NCBI GenBank assembly: GCA_002269645.1
Contig: NIVC01000669.1
Span: 74,207 to 138,206, forward strand
Direction: 5' to 3'
DNA length: 64,000 nt
Source of the DNA: Macrostomum lignano
Lineage: Eukaryota
This document shows, in pieces, positions 46,801 through 57,667 of this stretch. The notes below the pieces were generated by a model. It was not told where the DNA came from and searched no databases. It worked only from the letters and a program-made list of their open reading frames with translations. A program made the position numbers and the translations under genes. Position 1 is the stretch's first letter. Every line of letters begins with the position of its first letter.

Positions 46801-49800
46801 AAAGACTTGGAAGAGTTGTTGATGATTCTGAAAGACTTAGAAGAGTTGTTGATGATTCTGAAAGACTTAGAAGAGTTGTTGATGATTTCGAAGGACTTGG
46901 AAGAGTTGTTGATGATTTCAAAGGATTTGGAAGAGTTGTTGATGATTTCAAAGGACTTGGAAGAGTTGTTGATGATTTCAAAGGACTTGGAAGAGTTGTT
47001 GATGATTTCGAAGGACTTGGAAGAGTCGTTGATGATTTCGAAGGACTTGGAAGAGTCGTTGATGATTTCGAAGGACTTAGAAGAGTTGTTGATGATTTCG
47101 AAGGACTTAGAAGAGTTGTTGATGATTTCGAAGGACTTGGAAGAGTTGTTGATGATTTCGAAGGACTTGGAAGAGTTGTTGATGATTTCGAAGGACTTAG
47201 AAGAGTTGTTGATGATTTCGAAGGACTTAGAAGAGTTGTTAATGATTTCGAAGGACTTGGAAGAGTTGTTGATGATTTCGAAGGACTTGGAAGAGTTGTT
47301 GATGATTTCGAAGGACTTGGAAGAGTTGTTGATGATTTCGAAGGACTTGGAAAGGTTTTTGATGATTTCGACGGTACACTTGGAAGATTTTTAAATTATT
47401 TTTAAAGGATCTAGAAATTTTGTTAGTGATTTCTGATGGACCTAACCTTGGTTGTTGTCTAAAAAATGAGGATACTACCCCTGAATGAACTTTCGATTGG
47501 TTTCGGCTAATTTTTTTGAACTAAGGACAAAATAACCAGCAAGTTGACGCAAGGTGAACCAGAGATTTCTGGTCCAGAGCAGCCGCGCCGGCGGTTGGGA
47601 ATGTCCGCTGAAAAATAGTGCAACCCTGGACCTAGCCGCCTCCTTCCCCTCTTGCACCGTGAGGATAGATTGGGACAGCTAGAAGTGGGGTAGAGTGGGA
47701 GGGCTGCTCTCTCTCCAGTTCAGTCGGCCCAGCCAACCCCTCCGTCTCTCCTCTCTGCCGCGCTGCTGTTCGCCTTGACCTGAATTGACCCGGCTTGGGG
47801 CGGATTCTAAAGCGCATCCAGGGCAGGTGCCTGGATTAGAGAAGGGGGCCGGGAGAGCCGAGGCGAGCTGGCCTGGATGGGGGGGTGGTGGACTATTTAG
47901 ACAGCCTTTATCGCATTTTCTCTCCTTAACGCCCTTTTCTCAGATTTTTATATCCCATTGTCTGTTATTCTCGCCTCGCCTTTGAGGCCGATCGAAACCA
48001 AATTGTACTAATAAGCGGTGCAAGGGATTTCAAGAGAGCGAGAGAGATGAGAGGAGAGATGCGATAAGATAAGGTATGAAAGAAGAGATGAGGGAGAAGA
48101 TTAGAGGAGAGAGGAGAGAAATGAGCATTGAGAGGATCGAGAGAAGAGGGAAGAGAGAAGGAAGATACGATAAGAGAGCTGAGAAGAGACCTTGACCGGG
48201 CTTCACAGACCCGAGGGCCGAATAGAGAGGCTTCGCGGGCCAAAGTTTTCCAACCCCTCATCTATGTGTTTGACTCTTTACTGAAAAAGGGTTCTTCTCG
48301 TCAGAAGATAAAATTATCTTCAGTACTCATTTTTAACCTCTAGAAACTAAACAAAGGACCGATTACTTGCTTCTGTCATCTGAATTTCCTATTCCTATAA
48401 GAATATAGACAGGTTGCGCCATAGACAGCACGCCATAGACAGCACGCCATAGACAGCACGCCATAGACAGCACGCCATAGACAGCACGCCATAGACAGCA
48501 CGCCATAGACAGCACGCCATAGAGCACGCCCTAGACAGCACTCCCACTGAGAGACCAGCAAGCCTCAAACCTGCTGCAATTATATGGCCACTGAGTTTTG
48601 TCAAAGACTCAGAGCCAAGAAAGCGACACTGCCCGGATATGGTGAACCTTTGACTAAGGTCTACATACCATTGATTGAATGCCATGTACTTTGCAAATCT
48701 GGCAAGGATCAAGCCATGAACGGTAGAGAGCATTGAGATACGTGAATGCTCAAGGAATGCTCAGGTCTGGGCTGACGTATCACTGATTCATATTAGGCTT
48801 ATAAAGTTGAAACTAAAGCTGATCGTATTTTTCAAAATTTCTGAGTAAATATTTCAAATTGATAAGTTTATCCATTAAAAAATTCTGACAACATTCTCGT
48901 TACTCGTACTTTTGAAGCTCGTCATTTTGGTTCAGGCCATAGACAGCAGATCAATAATGAATGGTTTCCAATAGAAGTATGCTCATCTGCCTTAAATTTG
49001 GGGGTGCAACTTTGCTTGCACCAATTGACCACGGAAGATTCCCTAGTTGTCTATAGTAAAAGCTGCAGTGCGTCTCTAGTGACAGAATGGCGCCTCTCAT
49101 ACTAGAATGGCGCATCTCATCCCAGAAGGGCGCCTCTTATACTAGAATGGTGCATCTCATACTGGAATGGTGCAACTCATACTAGAATAAAGCCTCTCAC
49201 ACTAGAATGGCGCATCTCATGCTAGAATGGCGCATCTCATACTAGAATGACGCCTCTCATACTAGAATGACGCGTCTCATGCTAGAATGGCGCATCTCAC
49301 ACTAGAATGGCGCATCTCATACTAGAACCATGCCTCTCACACTAGAATGGCGCATCTCATACTAGAATGGCGCATCTCATACTAGAATGGCGCATCTCAT
49401 GCTAGAATGACGCCTCTCATACTAGAATGACGCCTCTCATACTAGAATGACGCCTTTCGTACTAGAATGACGCATCTCATACTAGAATGACGCCTTTCGT
49501 ACTAGAATGACGCCTCTCATACTAGAATGACGCCTCTCATACTAGAATGACGCCTCTCATACTAGAATGACGCCTCTCATACTAGAATGACGCCTCTCAT
49601 ACTAGAATGAAGCCTCTCACACTAGAATGAAGCCTCTCACACTAGAATGGCGCATCTCACACTAGAATGAAGCCTCTCACACTAGAATGGCGCATCTCAC
49701 ACTAGAATGAAGCCTCTCACACTAGAATGGCGCATCTCACACTAGAATGGCGCATCTCACACTAGAATGAAGCCTCTCACACTAGAATGGCGCATCTCAT

Positions 49801-51836
49801 ACTACAATGAAGCCTCTCACACTAGAATGGCGCATCTCATACTACAATGAAGCCTCTCACACTAGAATGGCGCATCTCATACTACAATGAAGCCTCTCAC
49901 ACTAGAATGGCGCATCTCACACTAGAATGAAGCCTCTCACACTAGAATGGCGCATCTCATACTAGAATGACGCCTCTCATACTAGAATGGCGCATCTCAT
50001 GCTAGAATGGCGCAATTTTAATACCTCCGTTTGCACTTTTTAAGTCATTTCTAGAGACTTAAAACGTAATATTTTTATTTCAAATAACATCAGGTCTGCT
50101 GAAACAGCTGCAGTTTCAATTAACAAACGCATCAGTGAGAACAGTGTTCAATTATATTGACAGCATGTCTCCCAGAAACCTGTAATTTGCTACGGCTGCG
50201 CAGGAAACTGCTTGCGTCAGTTGAACTGCGTCAACAAGACACAGAAGTTCAGCAACCCCCCCTCAGGGCCTATCCGTCAGACCTGGGAGCGTGACAGAAA
50301 GCCAAATAATGTCCCCTTATATTCTCCTTAGTGCACTTTGTCTGCTCCAAGAGATGACGCACTCGCCAGTGAGCCTAAACCACACAGCGTCCCTTCCCCT
50401 CTCCCTGTCTCTAGTTTGCATCTCGGGCCTCTGCAGATTGAAAGAAGAAGACAAGAAGCAAGACCCGGCGGGCGCATTGAGAAAGTGAGCGGCATGGGGG
50501 TACGAACCTGGAGAGAGAGAGAGAGAGAGAGTTATAGGGAACTTTTTCCCATCTCCTTCTCTATCCCAGCACTCCAGGTTTTCGGCTTCAACCCCTCCTC
50601 CTCCTCCTCAGCGTCCTTCCCTGCCAGCCCCGGGGATTTTTTTCCCAACGAAAAGCCGCAGTTTGCACTTTTACACTCGAAATCAATCAAGCCGAACTTC
50701 TAGTCCGCCTGCCCCCGTCTGCGCTACCCCCCCCTTCACGCGCCCCTTGATGCTGGCCTCTCCTCCAACGGTGCATGCAGGCGAGCAGGCAAGTGCATGT
50801 ACGGCTGGAGGGCGGCTCTGCCCAGTGGGGTTGCACTTTCGCAAAGCCCTACTAGAGTTCCCAATGCACTTTAATGCGACTGGTTTTCTGGGTGTAAAAG
50901 AGATTCGTGTTTGATGATGGCATATGATTGTGAGGTTATGTTCCACTGAGAAATTTTAGCCCTAATTAAAATCCCACCCTGCCTCCAATTCCATCACCCT
51001 GCCTCCAATTCCATCACCCTGACTCCAATTCCACTACCCTGACTCCAACTCCAGCACCCTGCCTCCAATTCCAGCACCCTGCCTCCAATTCCATCACCCT
51101 GACTCCAATTCCATCACCCTGACTCCAACTCCATCACCCTGACTCCAACTCCATCACCCTGACTCCAACTCCATCACCCTGACTCCAACTCCATCACCCT
51201 GACTCCAACTCCATCACCCTGACTCCAACTCAAGCACCCTGACTCCAACTCCACTACACTGACTCCAACTCCATCACCCTGACTCCAATTCCACTACCAT
51301 GACTCCAACTCCAGCAAACTTGTCCCTATTCCAGTGAATCTCATACTAGCCTCTATTACAATTCTATTACAATAGAATGACGCCTCTCATACTAGAAAGG
51401 TGCATCTCATACTAGAATGGTGCCTCTCATATTACAATAGAATGGCGCCTCGCATACTGGAATGGCGCCTCTGATACTAGAATGGCGCATCTCATACTTG
51501 ATTGGCGCCTCTAATACTAGAATGGCGTATCTTACGCTAGGAATGGCGCCTCTCCTACTATAATAGCGCATCTCATACTAGGATGGCGCCTCTGATACAA
51601 GACTGGTGTATCTCATACTAAATTGGCGCCTCTAATACTGGGATGGCGCATTTTATGCTAGGAATGGCGCCTCTCATACTACAATGGCGCATCTCATACT
51701 AATGGCGTCTTTCTTATTCGAATAACCTCGTATTCTAGTAGGCACTCTTCCAACCAACACAGGGTGCCCCTCCTGTCTACAATCGCAGTAAAAGAACAAT
51801 GTGTAACAAAAAGCAGTCAAACTCACCAGAGCTCAT
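43890..51836 (-). CDS. lin-28: Lin-28 (cold-shock domain + two zinc knuckles), ~175 aa; exons 51836-51827 (inferred), 45569-45385, 44863-44694, 44052-43890
   Basis: [30 protein letters not shown]|[11 protein letters not shown] cold-shock domain, then [16 protein letters not shown] and [14 protein letters not shown] knuckles. Exons 2-4 are secure. The first coding exon (ATGAGCTCTG|gtgagt) is inferred from phase compatibility. Confidence 0.88.
44138..44645. repeat. 22-bp minisatellite, ~23 copies (lin-28 intron 3)
   Basis: Unit CCACTGTCGCTAATCTCTCCCT. Confidence 0.95.
44945..45358. repeat. 27-28-bp and 32-bp compound minisatellite (lin-28 intron 2)
   Basis: GAGACCGCCAACACCCTCCAATCCTGCA grading into GAGACCGCCAACACCCTCCAATCCTATAATTA. 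Confidence 0.95.
46030..47385. repeat. 30-31-bp minisatellite interrupted by a SINE
   Basis: Unit GAAGGACTTGGAAGAGTTGTTGATGATTTC. Confidence 0.95.
46347..46705 (-). mobile_element. tRNA-derived SINE, family A, copy 3
   Basis: Reverse complement of family A. 13-bp TSD TTCTGAAAGACTT (46334-46346, 46706-46718). Confidence 0.92.
48415..48540. repeat. 14-bp minisatellite, ~9 copies
   Basis: Unit CATAGACAGCACGC. Confidence 0.92.
49085..50013. repeat. 20-bp minisatellite, ~46 copies
   Basis: Unit ACTAGAATGGCGCATCTCAT. A related degenerate array lies at 51345-51715. Confidence 0.96.
50985..51320. repeat. 20-bp minisatellite, ~16 copies
   Basis: Unit CCATCACCCTGACTCCAACT. Confidence 0.94.
51345..51715. 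repeat. Degenerate 20-bp array of the ACTAGAATGGCGCATCTCAT family
   Basis: Diverged units such as ACTAGAATGGCGCATCTCAT and ACTAGGATGGCGCCTCTGAT. Confidence 0.85.
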
Positions 51837-52589
51837 AGATGCCAATTGGAATCAACACAAACCAGACAGACCAGACTGCTTCGTGCCAGACTAGCGATGG
51901 CCGAACGAAGTTGCGCAACTTAAAAAGAAGGCGAGAAAAAGTTGAAATGAAAAACTGAACGCTCGGACAATCGTAGTGGAATGTGCTAGAGCCCCTCTCG
52001 CGCTTTTGCTGTGCCTGCCCCTAACCTACCTCTCGTTGCGTAACCAACAAGCTGTAATATCTTGTCCGCGCACAACTCGGGCTGTGTCTGGGCTGGTCCT
52101 GTGAATTGCTAGTTGGCTATGCTATGGAGCCTTAGCCTTTATATTCGGCATGTCAGAGGAAGGGAGATAGAGAGAGCGCGGCGAGGGTTGAGGGCGCCAG
52201 TCCAACTCTCCATTGGTCCAAGCCAATAGGGCTTGCTGGGGTAGCTCTGCAACACCCTTCCCCACCAAACTGTGCGTGTTCCCGATTCCATGCTCCTTTA
52301 ACAAAGCCTGGGGATCCAAGCCCCCGCACTTTGCCCTTGCCACCCCCCCACACACCAATGGGCCTTCCTAGGCTCCTAGGCTCCTATATTTGCCCCTCGT
52401 ATCGGGAACTGACAGCCCTTCATCCCTCTATCAATCTATCAACCTGGGCCTACTAAGTACAGCATGCACTTGCGTGGCACGATCTGCACAGGCTGTCAGT
52501 CGGCGGACTGGGAACGATTGTTCAAAACGTGCTCATCTGTTCAGCCTTAGCAGCTGCTGCTGCTCCAGGTATTAAACTCGATTGAGTTA

Positions 52590-55158
52590 CTTGACTTGAC
52601 TTAGCTGCAGGGGGCTCCGTGCGTCCGGAAACAGCGAGGAGGCGTTGCCCCCTATTTCGCTAACCCCTGGCGACCACGGGCAGCTAGTGCTGCGGTGTCG
52701 CGCAGGAAGTTCCGGTGGCGCCGGTGTCCGCAGCGCGGTCCCCCTCCGGAGAGTCCAGGAGGTGGATTGTCGCTCGCCCGGTAGCCCTTAGGTAGCGGAC
52801 GAGCTGGCAGAGATCCTCCGGCCTTTCTTTGTCCAGGGCTCCTGGATTAGGATAATGCCCGGTTTCACAAAGCTTGCCACCCGCATCAGGTTGGTCGAGG
52901 CCGCGATGCAATGGTGTAGGTTTAGCTGCAGGATTTCCACTCCGGGGATTCCAAGAGTGGTCCGCGCAGCTTCCTGCCGGCTCAAGGCGAGTTTTACAGG
53001 AGAGCCACCTCTTCTGCCTCGCCGATGTCTCCAGGCTCCAGTTCCATGGGCTCCTCCCGGGTGGTCTCCATGGTCGAGGGCGGGGCCGCCACCTGTGCGG
53101 CATTCTCGCTCTCGACCCGGTTTTCCGGGGGGGGGGGCAGCAGTGGTGACACTGGGCTAGGGGTTGCTGCGGTTGTTGGCCTTGGCGGTGTCCAGCAGCT
53201 GCTTCGCGCGCTGAGTCAGACCAGAGCGGATAGTGTTCCGGGCGGGTTTCCGGCCCTTTCCACGTCCGCCTGTTGCTGCAGCTTTCGCGGCTTTCCCTCT
53301 GACAGCGTCCACGCCCTCGGAGGGGTCGTGACGAACGGGAGCTTCTTTTCCTGGGCGTTTCCGCCCGGCAGAGCCCCCGCTCGCCCGCTTACGCTTCTCC
53401 GGGGGCGGTGGACGGGTGGCGTCAGACTCAAAGCTAAAGAGCTGAATCTGCATCAGCCCGACAGGGATAAGGGACATGTCCGGGTAGCGGAGCATCCAGC
53501 TATCCGACAGTCGAAGAATAGCCGTAAAACCGTCTCCGCCCGGCTTGGAGATGGTCTCGTGAACTACGACGCGATTAGCCGGCAGCTCCGGTTTGGTAGC
53601 CACTAGCAGGCGACGCAGCTCGTCGGCCTTGGTGATGGAACTGCGAGCCGGAATCCAGGCACGGTGCCGGTGTGTCCGGGGTCGCTCGTCCTCTGTTACG
53701 TCTTTGCACAAATCACGTAGTCACTAAGTAAAGCAACTTAGAAGTTTAGTCAGCTCAAGGCTCTGGCTTTTACGCCGTGTGTATTTCTCGCGCGTTAGCG
53801 TCTAACTTAGCGAACTGTCTCTCTTTTAATCCAGCTCAACTTCAGCTCGCAGGCTTGCCCATAGACATAGTTCGTACTAAAGGCATACATATCATCCTCC
53901 CTGTAGATAAACAGGTTTTCCAGCTCCGTACCCCAGTCGAAGGCTTTCAGCATCTCGAGGAGCTGCTGTCCAGACTGGCTGTCGGCGGGCTGGATATGGA
54001 GGGCTTGTTCCTCGACTTTCTTCTTTTGGACTTGAATAGTGGTGCCGCTCAAGGCCATCTTGACCAATGGGAGTCCAACCTGCGCCAGATTTGGTCGAGC
54101 TGTTCGACCGTAAGAGGCCTCTTCTGGCCTTGGATAACCAGGGCCGGCTGCATCTTGGCCATAGCCGCATAGGTGCGCTTCGGCTTGGTGGTTTGGCCAG
54201 CACCCCCCGCTTTGGATCCCTCCGCGGCCGTGGGAGCTTCCACACGGGCAGAGGGCCCGTCACGGGAGGGGCCAGCCGCACCAGGAGCTTCGGCGGCACC
54301 TGACGCTTCTGACCGGCGCGCGAGGTCCGCCCCCTTGTCGGATGTCGGCTCCTCCGCGGGATTCGCAGAGTTACCGGCATCCTCCTCGGAGGTGTCCAGA
54401 GGGGCGGCTTTCGCATTCCTCCGTTCCTCCGCTTTGCGCTGAAGAAAAGCTTTGTAGCGAGCAATGCTACGGGCCTTCTTTTTAGAGGTCTGAGGTCTGC
54501 TGTCCTGTTGTCCAGCCACTCCGGCATTGTCCTGAGCGGCGGCAGGGGCTGACTGAGAGGCACCGGGGGTTCCGGTGTTGCGAATGTCCGGCTGGGCCGC
54601 GGTACCAACCTCGGTTGGTGCTCCAGCAGCCTCGGACGTGTTGGATGTAAATGAATACTCAATGAGTCGCTGAAAGGCGAATGGGGACCAGAGGTGAGAA
54701 GCTGCTGGGCCGTAACCCCAAACCCAACAGCCAGGCCAAGAGGTAGCGAGGTGGCTTGGCACTGTGCCCTTGAGGGAAGCAGGAGGACTGCCTCCGGAGC
54801 CTGCGGACTGGCCGCATACCCTGTTAAGGTCAGAGGGTGATACCTGTTCCTCAGAGCCGTGGCCAGAGGTACCTGATACGCACAGGTTCACTTCCGGGCG
54901 GAGCCCGTACCCAACTTGGCCAAAAGGCCACGGATGGGTTGCCGCCGCCGGAGCCCAGTCAGTCCAGCAGCCCTAGAGCTGCCTTGAACACATGCGGGGC
55001 GTGAACCCCTGGGTCGGCTTGCGAGTCAGCTTGGAGAGAGTTCTCCTGCCATTCCTGCACCAGAATAGAGGGGCTGCACGTGTGTAGGATCGCAGACCTT
55101 AGCTCGTAGGCCTGGTCTGTCTCATGCAACACAGGCGTGCTGAACCCACCATTGCATG
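52590..55158 (-). mobile_element. Non-LTR retrotransposon (I/R1/LOA-group-like) with degenerate ORF1 and an internally deleted ORF2
   Basis: 13-bp TSD CTCGATTGAGTTA (52577-52589, 55159-55171) and (AAGTC)n tail. AP-endonuclease start ILQLNLHHCIAAS...ILIQEPW is fused directly to the C-terminal [16 protein letters not shown] that also occurs at ~3570-3650. ORF1 is broken into three frames. Confidence 0.85.
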
Positions 55159-55519
55159 CTCGATTGAGTTAACAACATGGATATAAAAGACTCGTCCAGG
55201 ACTCTGGAGGACGCGCGACTTTTGCCTCGTTTCTGTAGCTACTTTGATCTCTTTTGAGTCGGGCTGTTTACCTGGCTCTAATCTACGAGTAAGAAAATCT
55301 CTCCCGAGTCCCGTTATGCACCTGGGGCTTCTCTGATGTATTATAATATGGTGCTGAAATATCTCTAAATCTCCTATAGAGGGACTACTTAGGATTAGTC
55401 ACTACATGTATATCTTTGGTTAAATCCACGGACTGTTGCATATAGTCTGTGCTGGTATAGGCATGCCTTGTATCCATCTGACCTTTATGTTAGATACCCT
55501 TTTCACCTTATCATTAATA

Positions 55520-57010
55520 TCCCTCTCACCCTCATCTCTAATTCCCCTCTCACCCCATCTCTAATTCCCCTCTCACCCTCATCTCTAATTCCCCTCTCAC
55601 CCCATCTCTAATTCCCCTCTCACCCCATCTCTAATTCCCCTCTCACCCCATCTCTAATCCCCTCTCACCTCTATCTTTAATTCCCCTCTCATCCCCATCT
55701 CTATTTCCCCTCTCACCCCCATCTCGAATTCCCCTCTAACCCCATCTCTAATACCCTCTCACCCCTATCTCTAATTTCCCTCTCACCCCATCTCTAATCC
55801 CCTCCCACCCCATCTCTAATCCCCTTTCACCCCATCTCAAATACTCTCTCACCCCATCTCTAATCCCTTTCACCCCATCTCTAATACTCTCTCATCCCAT
55901 CTCTAATCCCCTTTCACCCAATCTCTAATCCCCTCCCACCCCATCTCTAATCCCCTTTCACCCCATCTCTAATACTCTCTCACCCCATCTTTAATCCCCT
56001 TTCACCCCATCTCAAATACTCTCTCACCCCTATCTCTAATTTCCCTCTCACCCCATCTCTAATCCCCTCCCACCCCATCTCTAATCCCCTCTCACCCCTA
56101 TCTCTAATACTCTCTCACCCCTATCTCTAATTTCCCTCTCACCCCATCTCTAATCCCCTCCCACCCCATCTCTAATCCCCTTTCACCCCATCTCTAATCC
56201 CCTCCCACCCCATCTCTAATCCCCTTTCACCCCATCTCTAATACTCTCTCACCCCATCTTTAATCCCCTTTCACCCCATCTCAAATACTCTCTCACCCCT
56301 ATCTCTAATTTCCCTCTCACCCCATCTCTAATCCCCTCCCACCCCATCTCTAATCCCCTCTCACCCCTATCTCTAATACTCTCTCACCCCTATCTCTAAT
56401 TTCCCTCTCACCCCATCTCTAATCCCCTCCCACCCCATCTCTAATCCCCTTTCACCCCATCTCTAATACTCTCTCACCCCATCTCTAATCCCCTCTCACC
56501 CCTATCTCTAATACTCTCTCACCCCTATCTCTAATTTCCCTCTCACCCCATCTCTAATCCCCTCCCACCCCATCTCTAATCCCCTTTCACCCCTATCTCT
56601 AATACTCTCTCACCCCTATCTCTAATTTCCCTCTCACCCCATCTCTAATCCCCTCCCACCCCATCTCTAATCCCCTTTCACCCCATCTCTAATACTCTCT
56701 CACCCCATCTCTAATCCCCTCTCACCCCTATCTCTAATACTCTCTCACCCCTATCTCTAATTTCCCTCTCACCCCATCTCTAATCCCCTCCCACCCCATC
56801 TCTAATCCCCTCCCACCCCATCTCTAATCCCCTTTCACCCCATCTCTAATACTCTCTCACCCCATCTTTAACCCCTTTCACCCCATCTCAAATACTCTCT
56901 CACCCCTATCTCTAATTTCCCTCTCACCCCATCTCTAATCCCCTCCCACCCCATCTCTAATCCCCTTTCACCCCATCTCTAATACTCTCTCACCCCATCT
57001 CTAATCCCCT
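55520..57010. repeat. CT-rich ~21-23-bp minisatellite
   Basis: CCCCATCTCTAATCCCCTCTCA variants cycling in a short higher-order pattern. Confidence 0.95.
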
Positions 57011-57667
57011 CAGAACTCTATTTCTAATACATTTTCTACTCCTATTCTTAATTAAGAATCCATCTCACATTTTCATAGCTTATACATCTTTTTTATTTCC
57101 TCATATAATTGCACAAAGCCTTCGTATATATTGGCACTGCTTATCAAGGAAGAAACCCATTGATCCAGAACATCTCACTCTACATACTTGGATATCATAC
57201 ACCAGTTTCCAAATGGAAATTTGTCACACCCTATCAGTGCGACAACCTGTTTATTGGTGGAGCATTAAGATTGCATTTCAAGGCCAGTTGCGTCAACGCA
57301 GCCATAGCCTTATTCTGTACACATGTGCTTGCATTCTGGAACTGCCGTACCATTTCCACACCAGCTATTCTATACAAACCAGATCCAATTACTTGTCTAT
57401 AATTGAATAAACAGTCAAACTTAGCATTAACAGCTCTATGCATACATAAATTGTGTATGAGTAACCAAGTAAGTTTGATAACCTCTGTTGACATGACGCA
57501 GGCTTGCATGACATAATATAAGACAAGTTTAGCAATGCCAGGCTTACTTTGTAACTATTGCAACGCTTTCTCTCAGCATTTTCTAATCTTGATTTCTGCA
57601 ACAGTTCACTGTGAGAAAATTCAGTGTGATTTCTTTGTGCCTACAGTGGCTTCTGTTTGCCTAAGAT

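Noticed and set aside
46641-47405. Repeat ORFs ([20 protein letters not shown]) resembling coiled-coil or LRR proteins
   Set aside because: Translation of the 30-bp minisatellite and part of a SINE.
48395-48733. 112-aa minus-strand ORF in lin-28 intron 1
   Set aside because: No recognisable homology, and its distal part is the 14-bp repeat. Not supportable without expression data.
53025-54891. Ala/Pro/Gly-rich ORFs as host genes
   Set aside because: They lie within the TSD-bounded LINE and are frameshifted ORF1 pieces or antisense shadows.
55060-55158. HDV-like ribozyme at the LINE 5' end
   Set aside because: A P1-like stem and a P4-like hairpin exist, but I could not build a proper P3/L3/P1.1 or a canonical J4/2. 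A covariance-model search would be needed.
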